Positions 19,507-28,716 of a stretch of 64,000 bases of DNA are shown piece after piece. The position numbers and the translations under genes were made by a program. The notes beneath the pieces are model-generated. The model was not told where the DNA came from. It saw only the letters and a list, made by a program, of their open reading frames with translations, and did not search any database. Source of the DNA: Myxococcales bacterium (lineage in GTDB: Bacteria; Myxococcota_A; UBA9042; JABWCM01; BTVJ01); assembly GCA_045863395.1 (NCBI GenBank), contig BTVJ01000006.1, positions 32,001 to 96,000 on the forward strand. The letters run 5' to 3'. How positions within the stretch are numbered: the first letter of the stretch is position 1; the number at the start of each line of letters is the position of its first letter.

Positions 19507-21177
19507 CTACCGCCCGACGGCGGCCCCCTCCCCGCGAGGATCGCTGGCGCCCGTCAGGCGGCCGGTCTTCGGGTCGACGGCGATGGCCTGCACGTTCGTG
19601 CCGAACGTCGAGACGACCACCTTGTGGCCCAGCGCCGTCAGCGCCGCGCGCTGCGCTGCGTCCAGGGCGTCGGGCTCGAGCAGCACGTCCTCCGGGGTCC
19701 ACTGGTGGTGGATGCGCGGGGCCTTGACGGCGGCAGCCACGTCCATGCCGTGGTCGAGCACGTTGATGACCACCTGGAGCACGGTCGTGATGATGCGCGA
19801 GCCGCCAGGGCTGCCGGCGACCAGGCGGACCTTGCCGTCCCTGGTCACGATGGTCGGCGTCATGCTGGACAGGGGCCGCTTGCGCGCAGCCACCGCGTTG
19901 GCCTCGTTGCCGACGAGCCCGAAGGCGTTGGGGACGCCCGGGGCGGCAGCGAAGTCGTCCATCTCGTCGTTGAGCACCACGCCCGTGCCCTCGGCGACCA
20001 GCCCGCTCCCGAAGCCCAGGTTGACGGTCTGGGTGCACGCGATGGCGTTGCCGTCCCCGTCCACGATGCTGAAGTGGGAGGTGTGCTCCGGCTCGCGCGC
20101 CCCCTCGACCTCGGAGACCGGCAGCGCCCGGTCGGGCCGGAACCGGGCGCGCTGCTCCTCGGCGTACTTCGCCGACGTCAGGCGCTCGACGGGCACCTCG
20201 ACGAAGTCCGGGTCCCCCAGCAGCCGGCTCCGGTCCGCGTAGGCGAGCTTCATGGCCTCGATCATCGGGTGCACGGTGGCCGCCCGGCCGCGTCCGGTCT
20301 TTGCCAGGTCGAAGCCCGAGAGGAAGGTGAGCATCTGCACGAGGTGTACGCCGCCGGAGCTGGGCGGCGGCATGGACCACACGGTGTACCCCCGATAGGC
20401 CCCCTGGATGGGGGTGCGCCAGACGGGGCGGTAGCCCCTCAGGTCCTCCGCCGTGACCAGCCCGCCCGCCGCCTGGACGGCCGCGACGAGCTTCTCCGCC
20501 ACCGGCCCCTCATGGAAGCCGGCATCGCCCTGTTCGCCGATCGCCTGGAGCGTGCTCGCCAGGTCCGCCTGTACGAGGGTGGCGCCCACCTCGGGCGCCT
20601 TCCCCCCAGGCATGAACACCGCCCGCGCCGCCGGGGACAGCCGCAGGCGCGACGCGCCGATGCGCGCCCGCAGGAGCGGCGTCACCGTGAAGCCATCGCG
20701 GGCGAGGGCCAGGGAGGGCGCGACCACCCGGGCCCAGGGAAGCCGCCCATGCTTGCGATGGAGCTCGCTCAGGCCGCGCACGAGCCCCGGCACCGCCACG
20801 GCGAGCCCGCCATCCTGGCTCAGCGACGTGTCCGCCTTGCCGCTCCGCAGGAACATGTCGCGGGTGGCCGCCGCGGGCGCCGTCTCGCGGAAGTCCAGCG
20901 CCTCGGCCTTGCCCGCGATCCAGACCACGGCAAACCCGCCGCCGCCGAGGCCGGACGAGTACGGCTCCACCACGGACAAGGCGAGAGAGGTGGCGACTGC
21001 GGCATCCACGGCGTTGCCACCCGCGGCGAGGACCTCGTCGCCTGCCTTGGACGCGAGGGGGTGCGCCGACGCCACCATCCACGTCTTGGCTTCGGTGGGT
21101 GCGGCGTGGGTGAGGGGCGCCAGCCACAGCAGGGCCAGGGTGACGGACAGGCGCAGGAAGGGCAGGGCGCGGCTCAT
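19507..21177 (-). CDS. ggt: Gamma-glutamyltransferase
   Basis: GGNAVDAAVA, SSGLGGGGF, LDFRETAP, PPPSSGG, catalytic Thr in HTSHFSIVD, NDEMDDF, PLSSMTP, GSPGG. Confidence 0.96.
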   Translation of the reverse strand: MSRALPFLRLSVTLALLWLAPLTHAAPTEAKTWMVASAHPLASKAGDEVLAAGGNAVDAAVATSLALSVVEPYSSGLGGGGFAVVWIAGKAEALDFRETAPAAATRDMFLRSGKADTSLSQDGGLAVAVPGLVRGLSELHRKHGRLPWARVVAPSLALARDGFTVTPLLRARIGASRLRLSPAARAVFMPGGKAPEVGATLVQADLASTLQAIGEQGDAGFHEGPVAEKLVAAVQAAGGLVTAEDLRGYRPVWRTPIQGAYRGYTVWSMPPPSSGGVHLVQMLTFLSGFDLAKTGRGRAATVHPMIEAMKLAYADRSRLLGDPDFVEVPVERLTSAKYAEEQRARFRPDRALPVSEVEGAREPEHTSHFSIVDGDGNAIACTQTVNLGFGSGLVAEGTGVVLNDEMDDFAAAPGVPNAFGLVGNEANAVAARKRPLSSMTPTIVTRDGKVRLVAGSPGGSRIITTVLQVVINVLDHGMDVAAAVKAPRIHHQWTPEDVLLEPDALDAAQRAALTALGHKVVVSTFGTNVQAIAVDPKTGRLTGASDPRGEGAAVGR

Positions 21178-21310
21178 GGTCGACCTCCGGGGGAGACCTC
21201 GGCAGTAGAGCACAGCCCCCGCAGGATGCACAAACCACCGCGTTGCGCCCCCTGCGCCCATCTGCTACAACAGCGCGCGACTCTCCGACCCCCAACGCAG
21301 GAGGCGACAC

Positions 21311-21607
21311 ATGCCCAAGGTCAACGTCAAGAAGCGCCACGCGGTTCCGCTGGACGACGCGAAGGTGCGTGTCAAGGCGCTGGTCGACGACTTCGTGAAA
21401 GAGTACTCCTCGGTGGTCAAGTCGGTGACCTGGTCGCCAGACGGGACCAGCGCCAGCGCCAAGGGCACCGGCTTCGAGGGAGCCTTCCGGGTCGACGGGA
21501 GCCAGGTGACCGTGGACGTGGACCTGAGCTTCCTGCTGTCCCCCATCAAGGGGAAGGTCGAGGCCACCCTGCACAAGCGCCTGGACGACTCCTTCGGGAA
21601 TGCCTGA
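21311..21607 (+). CDS. Polyhydroxyalkanoate granule-region (PHA_gran_rgn) family protein
   Basis: 98 aa; K.H...DDAK.RV...W...SAKGTGFEG...LSFLLSPIKGKVE pattern; AGGAGG RBS. Confidence 0.75.
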   Translation: MPKVNVKKRHAVPLDDAKVRVKALVDDFVKEYSSVVKSVTWSPDGTSASAKGTGFEGAFRVDGSQVTVDVDLSFLLSPIKGKVEATLHKRLDDSFGNA

Positions 21608-23336
21608 CGCGCATCCCTTTCGGACGCTGCTGCGCTGCTCCGTCCTCGCGGTCCTGGTCCTGCCCTTCGCCGGCTGCGCGGGCGAGAGCGGGATGGACCG
21701 CATCTCCTGCCCCACGCTGGGCGCCGGCACCCCGGCGCTGGTCAGCCCGATCACCGCGCTGTCCTTCGACGCGGCCCAGAAGGGCTCGTTCGCCGGAGGC
21801 TGGTTCGTCGGGTACGCCTTCGTCCCTCCGCCGGACGTCACCATCACGGCCTCCCTCGCGGGCGCGGCACCCGGCGCGCGGGCCCTGCTCATGCTCTACG
21901 GCCCGCGGACGGCCTACGGCGACTGGGGCATCTGCCAGCGGGTGTCGGACCCGGCGTCGGACGGGAGCACCTCGCTGAGCGTGAGCATCACCGGGGGCGT
22001 GTCCGGCGAGCTGCTGCTGGTGGTCGCCACCCAAGACCCCAAGGCCGCCGCGGGCACCAGCTTCCAGCTGACGCTCGCCTGCGAGGGGGCCTGTGCCGTC
22101 GAGCCCGCCTGCCCCGAGCCCCTGGCCGCGACCTGCGGCATCTCCTTCTGCCCGACCGGCTTCGCGCGGGATGGCGACTGCCCGACCTGCGCCTGTGAGA
22201 CCGGCGTGTCTGCATGCCCGCCTGGCTTCCTCCTCGTAGCGGGGGCGTGCGTCGACCCCTGCGCCCTCAACGTGACCGGCGACCCGGTGTGCGGGTCCGA
22301 TGGCCAGACCTGGCCCAGCGCCCAGGCCGCCCTCTGCGCTGGCGTGCCGGACACGAAGGCGGGGTCCTGCGAGGCGGCCTGCGGCTCGTTCTCCTGCAAC
22401 AAGGAGTGTGGGGCCTTCGCGGTGGACCCCGACACCTGGTGCCCGCTGTGCGAGTGCCGCGCCCACGACTGCGCGGCGTGCCCGGGCACCTGGAGCCCCG
22501 TGTGTGGCTCCGACGGGGTGACCTGGCCCAACGCCTGCCGCGCTGCGTGCGCCGGGGTGGCGGCCGTCACCCCTGGGGAGTGCCTCGCTGGCTGCCCCAT
22601 GCCCACCAAGGAGTGCGGCGACGACTTCGGCTACGACGCCCTGTGCCCGACGTGCTCCTACCCTCCGTCCGCCCTGGGCGGTCCCGGCGCCTGTGCGCTC
22701 CTCTGCGACGGGGAGGAGTGCGAGACCAAGGCCTGGCGCGCCTTCCCGAGCGCCAGCGCCGCGAAGAAGGCGGCGGCGCTCGTGGCGGAGCGCCCGTGCG
22801 CCCTGCTGGACTGCACGAAGGACGCCGACTGCGCCCCACCAGGAAAGGCGCCCGAGGGGCACCAGTACACGTGCCGTGAGGTGAAGGGGGTCCCGGTGGG
22901 CACCTGCACACACACCGTCCCCTGCGACAGCGGCAAGTGCCCCGCCGGGCGGGAGTGTGCCACGGTCCAGGGCGCGAAGCTCTGTGTCTCCTCGTGCTCC
23001 TGCCCCGTCGTCTACGACCCGGTGTGCGCCCTGGCGGGCGGCGAGGCCACGGCCTTCGACAGCGCCTGCGACGCCCACTGTGCGGGGGCGACGATCATCC
23101 AGGCGGGGTCGTGCTGCAAGGCTCGTGAGGTCTCCTGCAAGGACGGGGAGGTGCCGGAGCTGGACGCGATGGGGTGTCGCACCGGCGGCTGCGTGGAGGC
23201 CCGCGCCTGCGAGGATCTGTGCAGTGAGGGTGGGCAGTGCGTTCATGTGCTCGATGCGCCCGACACCGCGCCCAGCGCGTGCCTCGCCCACTGCGCGGGG
23301 CACCAGGTGGACCCCACCGCGGAGTGCACGCCATGA
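21600..23336 (+). CDS. Cys-rich lipoprotein with Kazal-like and antistasin-like repeats
   Basis: FAGC lipobox; PVCGSDGxTWxxxCxAxCAG and CPVVYDPVC Kazal units; CPTGFARDGDCPTCAC-type units. Confidence 0.78.
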   Translation: MPDAHPFRTLLRCSVLAVLVLPFAGCAGESGMDRISCPTLGAGTPALVSPITALSFDAAQKGSFAGGWFVGYAFVPPPDVTITASLAGAAPGARALLMLYGPRTAYGDWGICQRVSDPASDGSTSLSVSITGGVSGELLLVVATQDPKAAAGTSFQLTLACEGACAVEPACPEPLAATCGISFCPTGFARDGDCPTCACETGVSACPPGFLLVAGACVDPCALNVTGDPVCGSDGQTWPSAQAALCAGVPDTKAGSCEAACGSFSCNKECGAFAVDPDTWCPLCECRAHDCAACPGTWSPVCGSDGVTWPNACRAACAGVAAVTPGECLAGCPMPTKECGDDFGYDALCPTCSYPPSALGGPGACALLCDGEECETKAWRAFPSASAAKKAAALVAERPCALLDCTKDADCAPPGKAPEGHQYTCREVKGVPVGTCTHTVPCDSGKCPAGRECATVQGAKLCVSSCSCPVVYDPVCALAGGEATAFDSACDAHCAGATIIQAGSCCKAREVSCKDGEVPELDAMGCRTGGCVEARACEDLCSEGGQCVHVLDAPDTAPSACLAHCAGHQVDPTAECTP

Positions 23337-23746
23337 AGCGATGGTGGGTAGCGCTCCTGCTGGCGGGCTGCGGAGACCTCTACTCGTCGCAGCACATCCC
23401 CCTTCGTGAGTACGCGACCATCGAGCTCGAGCCCGCTTGCGTGGAGGCCGACGGCCAACCGTGGCTCCTGACGGGGACCGCGGAGCTTGGGCGCCCGGGG
23501 TTCGTCCAGCGCGTGCTCTGGGACGATCTCGACCTGGAGGTCCAGGCGTGGCAGGCGTCCTGCGAGGACCTGCTGCGCGGCACCGTTCCCGTCGCGTCCG
23601 ACACCCTGGAGGTGTGCTTCGTCGTTGTGGCAGCCCTGGACGCTGCCGCGGGAGACCGCGACCTGACCGTCTACCTGGAGGCGGGCGACGGGCTGATCGT
23701 CGCCACCGCCACCCTCGGCGTCCGCGCCGACTGCGGGGCTCCATGA
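23333..23746 (+). CDS. Small lipoprotein
   Basis: MKRWWVALLLAGC lipobox; ATGA overlaps at both ends. Confidence 0.7.
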   Translation: MKRWWVALLLAGCGDLYSSQHIPLREYATIELEPACVEADGQPWLLTGTAELGRPGFVQRVLWDDLDLEVQAWQASCEDLLRGTVPVASDTLEVCFVVVAALDAAAGDRDLTVYLEAGDGLIVATATLGVRADCGAP

Positions 23747-24771
23747 AGGCGTCGGCTCGTCACCGGGGCTCTCGGCGGGGGCGGTTCGGGTCGCGCGCTG
23801 CGGCCGTCGTCCTGTCGCTGGCGCTGCCGTCCCTGGCGAGCGCCCAGGTCCCTGGCGCCGCGGGCGCCCTCGTGGACGAGGGGGTGCGCTGCTACCAGGC
23901 GCTGGACTACGGCTGCGCCATCGACAGGCTCCAGAAGGCGCTCCTCGACCTGCAGACGGGCGGGCACCTGGAGCCAGCGGCGGAGCTCCGGGCGCGGCTC
24001 CACCTGGCCTTCGCGCTCCTCGCGGCGGAGCGGGTCGAGGACGCCCGCGGGCAGCTTCGCCGCGTGCTGGTCTTGGAGCCGCGGTTCTCGCTGGATCCGG
24101 GCATCGTCTCGCCGCGGATCGTCGCGACGCTGGAGCAGGTGCGGCGGGAGCTCCTCGCGCCGGCCATGCCCGCCGACCTGGACCCGGGCGACCCCTTGCC
24201 GCTGCCCGTGCGCCCAGACCCGCCCGACGCGCTGCTGCGCCCCGTGCGCATCGCCGCAGCGGGCGCCTCCCTCGACGCCGACGAGGACCCGCGCTTCCAG
24301 GTGGACCTGGGGGGAGGCGTCCAGCTCCTGACAGGGACGGACGCCGGGCGCTACGACGCCGGCCCGGGCCTCGTGACACGGTTCCTGTGGCGTGTCGACG
24401 ACCTGTGGGCCATTGGGCTCGGCTCGTCCGTGTTCCTGCACTCCGTCGGCGACCTGGACCTGGGCCAGAGCGCCCCCAACTCCCTGTGGGTGCTCGGGGT
24501 GCAGCCCCAGGCTGGCATCGCGACGTCCGTGACGCCGTGGCTCTCCCTGGAGGCCCTTGCCGTGCTCGGGGCGGTGGTGTTCGGCCACGACGGCCTGGAC
24601 GGGGGCGCAGGGCTGGAGGTCGGCCTCGTCGCGGGCGCACGCTTCCGCATCTCCCGCACGCTCTCGGTGGCCCTGCACGTCACGCCGCTCGTGGCCTTCG
24701 GCGCCGTGGGTGACACGAGCGCCGCGTCTATCTCGGTGCCGCTCACCGTGGAGGCCGGGTTTGCTTTTTGA
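23743..24771 (+). CDS. TPR plus C-terminal beta-barrel outer-membrane protein
   Basis: TPR-like helices (EGVRCYQALDY...LRRVLVLEPRFSLDP...SPRI), amphipathic strands, terminal GFAF. Confidence 0.65.
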   Translation: MKASARHRGSRRGRFGSRAAAVVLSLALPSLASAQVPGAAGALVDEGVRCYQALDYGCAIDRLQKALLDLQTGGHLEPAAELRARLHLAFALLAAERVEDARGQLRRVLVLEPRFSLDPGIVSPRIVATLEQVRRELLAPAMPADLDPGDPLPLPVRPDPPDALLRPVRIAAAGASLDADEDPRFQVDLGGGVQLLTGTDAGRYDAGPGLVTRFLWRVDDLWAIGLGSSVFLHSVGDLDLGQSAPNSLWVLGVQPQAGIATSVTPWLSLEALAVLGAVVFGHDGLDGGAGLEVGLVAGARFRISRTLSVALHVTPLVAFGAVGDTSAASISVPLTVEAGFAF

Positions 24772-24791
24772 CCGGCGACTGAAAAAAAACG

Positions 24792-24821
24792 TTGACCCCC
24801 TCTCGTGAGGTCTTGTATAAG
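24792..24821 (+). promoter_or_regulatory. Sigma70-like promoter of the tRNA pair
   Basis: A-tract, then TTGACC, 18-nt spacer, TATAAG, about 24 nt before tRNA-Val. Confidence 0.65.
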
Positions 24822-24844
24822 CCTCTCCACCGCAGCGGCGGTGA

Positions 24845-24920
24845 GGGCGAATAGCTCAGTTGGCAGAGCATCGGCCTTACAAGCCGGAGGTCACAGGTTC
24901 GAGCCCTGTTTCGCCCACCA
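24845..24920 (+). tRNA. tRNA-Val(TAC)
   Basis: Acceptor GGGCGAA/TTCGCCC, D-arm AGCTCAGTTGG, anticodon loop CT-TAC-AA, GGTTCGA T-loop, encoded CCA. Confidence 0.97.
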
Positions 24921-24953
24921 GCGTACAGTGCGTGCCTGAGACGCGGGTTTCAT

Positions 24954-25030
<77 letters not shown>

Positions 25031-25041
25031 AGCACGACCGA

Positions 25042-25075
25042 AGAGCCCCCTGGCAGCCGCCTGGGGGCTTTTTTC
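25042..25075 (+). terminator. Rho-independent terminator after the tRNAs
   Basis: AGCCCCC...GGGGGCT hairpin followed by a T-tract. Confidence 0.8.
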
Positions 25076-25177
25076 GTTTCGGGGCGGTGCCGCCGCCGCC
25101 GTTGACGCATGGGCCTCGGGGGCTACACTGCGCAAGGCTCGACGGCGGGCCCGACGGGGGCCCGGGGAGCGGGACGG

Positions 25178-26083
25178 ATGAAGAACAAGGACTACTACGA
25201 GATCCTGGGCGTCCCACGCGACGCCTCGGCGGCCGACATCAAGAAGGCCTTCCGGAAGCTCGCCAAGGAGCACCACCCCGACAAGAACCCGGGGGACGCC
25301 GGCGCAGAGGAGCGGTTCAAGCAGATCAACGAGGCCTACGCCGTGCTGAGCGACGCGGACAAGCGCCGCCAGTACGACCGGGTGGGCACCGACGCCTTCC
25401 ACCGCCAGTACTCGACCGAGGACATCTTCCGCGGCTTCGACTTCTCGTCGATCTTCCAGGACATGGGCATGGGCGCTCAGGGAGGAGCGGACCTCTTCGC
25501 CAACCTGTTCGGGCGTGGCGCGCGGCGTCCGGGGAGGGGGGCCGACCCCCGCGGTCCCCACCTGCGCAAGGGCCAGGACCTGAGCCACGACATGGAGATC
25601 GGCTTCGAGGAGGCGGTGACCGGCAGCGAGCGTCGCATGACCTTCCGCACGGGCGACGAGGAGCACTCCTTCAACGTGCGCATCCCCGCGGGCGTCGAGG
25701 ACGGTCAGAAGCTGAGGATCCGCGGCAAGGGGGGCCCCGGCGGCGCGGGAGGGCCGGCTGGCGACCTGATCCTCACAATCACCGTGAGCCCACACCCCCT
25801 CTACCGGCGGGAGGGGAGCGATCTGCTCGTCGACGTGGAGATCGGCGTGGCAGAGGCCATTCTTGGCGCGACCATCGAAGTGCCCACCCTGTCCGGCCCG
25901 AAGCGCCTGCGCGTCCCGCCGGGCACCCAGCCGGGCTCTCGGCTGCGGCTCCGCGGGCTGGGCGTCGCGCGACAGGGGCACGCCGCGGGGGACCTCTACG
26001 TGGTGCTGAAGGTGCGCGTCCCATCGCCGGACGAGCTGACCGCGGAGCAGCGGGAGGTCCTGGAGGGGCTGCTCGTGGGGTGA
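25178..26083 (+). CDS. DnaJ-class co-chaperone without zinc finger (CbpA-like)
   Basis: [12 protein letters not shown] motif, G/F region, C-terminal DnaJ domains; no CxxCxGxG repeats. Confidence 0.9.
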   Translation: MKNKDYYEILGVPRDASAADIKKAFRKLAKEHHPDKNPGDAGAEERFKQINEAYAVLSDADKRRQYDRVGTDAFHRQYSTEDIFRGFDFSSIFQDMGMGAQGGADLFANLFGRGARRPGRGADPRGPHLRKGQDLSHDMEIGFEEAVTGSERRMTFRTGDEEHSFNVRIPAGVEDGQKLRIRGKGGPGGAGGPAGDLILTITVSPHPLYRREGSDLLVDVEIGVAEAILGATIEVPTLSGPKRLRVPPGTQPGSRLRLRGLGVARQGHAAGDLYVVLKVRVPSPDELTAEQREVLEGLLVG

Positions 26084-26119
26084 GCGGGGCACCTGGCGCT
26101 GAACGCAGGCCAGCGTCGG

Positions 26120-27469
26120 TCAGAGGCACGCCCCATCGACGCACTGGCCCGGCTTCCCGGCGGACGTGATGCACTTCACGATGCCGCAGGCGTCGGTGGG
26201 CGGTGTCCCCAGCGGCTCGCACACGGCCGTCCCCTGATTGGGGGGGGGCTGAGGGCAGTCCGCGGCAGAGTCGCACTCGAGGGCGCAGACCCCGGACTTG
26301 CAGACGCTGCCTTTGTACCCGCAGTCCTTCGGCGATTCGCAGAGCCGCCCGATGGGTACGACCTGGCCCACGCACTGGATGGCCGCCAACGTGCAGATCG
26401 TCGCCGGCGGACACTCGCAGATGTCGGGGACCGTGCACGCGTTGCCGTCGTTGCACGCCTGGCCCACGGCCGGGACCGGGGTGCAGCTCCCATCTTCGGG
26501 CGAGCACACGGCCTTGTGGCACGGGTTGGTGGGCTTCGCGCACTTCGAGTTCCCAGCACACACTCCGCTCGACGTGCACTTGTCGAAGGTGGTGCACTTG
26601 TCGCCGTCGTCGCACAACGCGCCCACGTCCGGGGTCTGAACGCAGGTCCCCGTTTCCGGGTCGCAGGCCGCCTTGTGGCACGGGTCGGCGGTGCATTCCA
26701 TCGCGACGCCGGCGCAGGTGCCGTCCCCCAGACAGGAGTCCTTCTCGGTGCAGTTGTCGCCGTCGTCGCACCCGGCTCCGACCTGCGGCGCGCTCTTGCA
26801 GCCCGTGACCGGGTCGCAGGAGTCGGCCGTACACGGGTTCTCGTCGTCGCAGCTCACGAGGGAGACGGCCACGCAGAGCCCGGCGGCGTTGCACCGGTCC
26901 TCGAAGCACGCGTCGGTCACGCCGCAGGGGACTCCCACACCCAGCTCCACGAGCCGGCACTTGGCGGCCTTGCACTGCTCAACCACGCATGCGGTGGGCT
27001 CCTGGCCCGGCTCGTCGCAGGGCTCGCCGTCCGGCATCGCCCCGGGCGAGCACGCTCCATCGATGCACCGCCCCACCACGCACTCAGGGAGCGGCCCCGA
27101 GGGGACGCAGTCCTCGTCCACCGTACAGTCGGGCGGGAACGACACGTCGCCCACCACGATGTCCACCGGCTCGGTGTCCGGGGCGTCTGCGCCGTCCGCG
27201 CCGTGTGGGACGTCGGTGGACCCGTCAGCGATTGCGCCATCCACCGGCGGGACGTCGGGCAGCGCGGAGTCCGGCGGCGAGCCCGAGTCCTTCGCCGCGT
27301 CCACCACTGGTACGTCGGAGGTGGTCGTGTCCGGGACACCGTCGCTCTTGCCCGTGTCAGCGGGCGCGGACGCGGAGTCCTGGTAGTAGGACTGGGGGAT
27401 GTCGATGGTGCAGCCCGCTGCCACGAAGAGCGCCAGCAGGGCAAATCCAGGTGTTGCTCGCCGAATCAC
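26120..27469 (-). CDS. Cys-rich repeat lipoprotein (CDDGxxCT repeats)
   Basis: AAGC lipobox, Asp/Pro-rich linker, repeated CDDGDNCT/CNDGNACT...C.P.TG.C units. Confidence 0.78.
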   Translation of the reverse strand: MIRRATPGFALLALFVAAGCTIDIPQSYYQDSASAPADTGKSDGVPDTTTSDVPVVDAAKDSGSPPDSALPDVPPVDGAIADGSTDVPHGADGADAPDTEPVDIVVGDVSFPPDCTVDEDCVPSGPLPECVVGRCIDGACSPGAMPDGEPCDEPGQEPTACVVEQCKAAKCRLVELGVGVPCGVTDACFEDRCNAAGLCVAVSLVSCDDENPCTADSCDPVTGCKSAPQVGAGCDDGDNCTEKDSCLGDGTCAGVAMECTADPCHKAACDPETGTCVQTPDVGALCDDGDKCTTFDKCTSSGVCAGNSKCAKPTNPCHKAVCSPEDGSCTPVPAVGQACNDGNACTVPDICECPPATICTLAAIQCVGQVVPIGRLCESPKDCGYKGSVCKSGVCALECDSAADCPQPPPNQGTAVCEPLGTPPTDACGIVKCITSAGKPGQCVDGACL

Positions 27470-27551
27470 GCGATCCTCACGTCTGCGGGGGTCTCCAGCG
27501 TTGCCTGCGCCGGTGCTTCCTCTGTAACAGCCACTGCGCCGTTCGGCAAGC

Positions 27552-28001
27552 TCACCGCTTGTACGGTTCGAGCTCGGCGCACGCCTCGGGCAGATCGCCG
27601 AAGGCGTCCTCCAGCAGCAGGGCGAGGCGCCTGGCACACCGCCTCAGCTCCGTGAGCAGGGCCGCGTGGGGCGCCTCGAAGGCGCGCTCCTGCAGGTCGA
27701 CCCGCACCAGGTCGCCAGCCACGCTCAGCGCCACCTCCAGCCGCGTGTCGGGCAGCTCGACGGTGACCTCCACGGTCTCCCGCACGGCCTCCAGGCCGTC
27801 GATGAGCCGGGGCAGCGCCTGGTCGAGCCGGTCCCAGTACCGCTCGTCGAGGACCTCGCGCCCGCCGACGCTGACGATGAGGGCGCCGTCGATGCCGCCC
27901 TCCCGCAGGTCCTGGCGCAGCACGGCCGGCTCCGGGAGGTCCTCCTCGCGCACGAAGTCGGCCCCGAGGCCCAGCGCGAAGGTCACGCGCACGTTGCTCA
28001 T
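27552..28001 (-). CDS. Hypothetical protein coupled to tdk
   Basis: ATGA overlap with tdk stop; typical codon usage; GGAG RBS. Confidence 0.65.
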   Translation of the reverse strand: MSNVRVTFALGLGADFVREEDLPEPAVLRQDLREGGIDGALIVSVGGREVLDERYWDRLDQALPRLIDGLEAVRETVEVTVELPDTRLEVALSVAGDLVRVDLQERAFEAPHAALLTELRRCARRLALLLEDAFGDLPEACAELEPYKR

Positions 28002-28606
28002 GGTGTCTCCGGGGTGGCGTCGAGGGGGATCGCGTACTGCTCCTGCAGGTCGGGTTCGAAGCAGCGCCGGCACCGGGCCTCGTAGGTGCCCGTGGCTCCG
28101 ACCAGGACCCGGTCCGCGTTGGCGATGAGGCGCTGCGTGCGGTTCGCCGGGGCGCCGCAGCGCGCGCAGATCGCGAGCGTCTTGGTGACGTACTCGGCGA
28201 CCGCCATGAGCTGGGGCACCGGCTCGAAGGGGAGGCCCCGGTAGTCCTGGTCGAGGCCCGCCACGATCACGCGCCGGCCCATGTTGGCGAGGCGGGTGCA
28301 CAGGTCCACGACGCCGGCGTCGAAGAACTGCACCTCGTCGATGCCGACGACCTCCGTGCGGTCGTCCAGGGACCGCAGGATGTCCGCGGTGGTCCGCACC
28401 ACCGTCGCCGGGATCCGCTGCTCGCTGTGGCTGACGATCTCGTCCGCCGCGTAGCGGTCGTCCAGGGCCGGCTTGAAGATCTGGACGCGCTGGCGCGCGA
28501 TCAGGGCGCGGCGGAGGCGCCGGATCAGCTCCTCGCTCTTGCCGCTGAACATGCTGCCGCAGATGACCTCGATGCTCCCGGCCGGGACCCGGTAGTGCGC
28601 TTGCAT
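27998..28606 (-). CDS. tdk: Thymidine kinase
   Basis: [12 protein letters not shown]-loop, KP..D.RY, IDEVQFF, AGLD.DY...[13 protein letters not shown]. Confidence 0.96.
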   Translation of the reverse strand: MQAHYRVPAGSIEVICGSMFSGKSEELIRRLRRALIARQRVQIFKPALDDRYAADEIVSHSEQRIPATVVRTTADILRSLDDRTEVVGIDEVQFFDAGVVDLCTRLANMGRRVIVAGLDQDYRGLPFEPVPQLMAVAEYVTKTLAICARCGAPANRTQRLIANADRVLVGATGTYEARCRRCFEPDLQEQYAIPLDATPETP

Positions 28607-28716
28607 GGACGGCGTTATAGCACGCACGCTGGCACCGTCCAACGGGCTTGTGCGCCGGGGGGATTGTTGGTAGGGATCGCTCCGTCCCAACGCAGAGCAC
28701 CCCCGACGGAGGCGTG

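Noticed and set aside
17872..21978. Very long ORFs in the track (e.g. 1368 aa at 17872, 934 aa at 38005, 975 aa at 52018, 765 aa at 28615)
   Set aside because: Antisense or off-frame shadows of real genes, expected in high-GC DNA with few stop codons; Arg/Gly/Ala-rich with no motifs. Only the 3' part of 52018..54945 (from 53788) is a real gene.
25178..26083. Calling this the canonical dnaJ
   Set aside because: Lacks the CxxCxGxG zinc-finger repeats and has no dnaK/grpE neighbours, so it is a class B/CbpA-like protein.
26120..27469. Repetitive DNA here and at 61500-64000 as CRISPR or non-coding repeats
   Set aside because: The repeats are degenerate and in frame, encoding CDDGxxCT protein units; there are no identical direct repeats with spacers and no cas genes.
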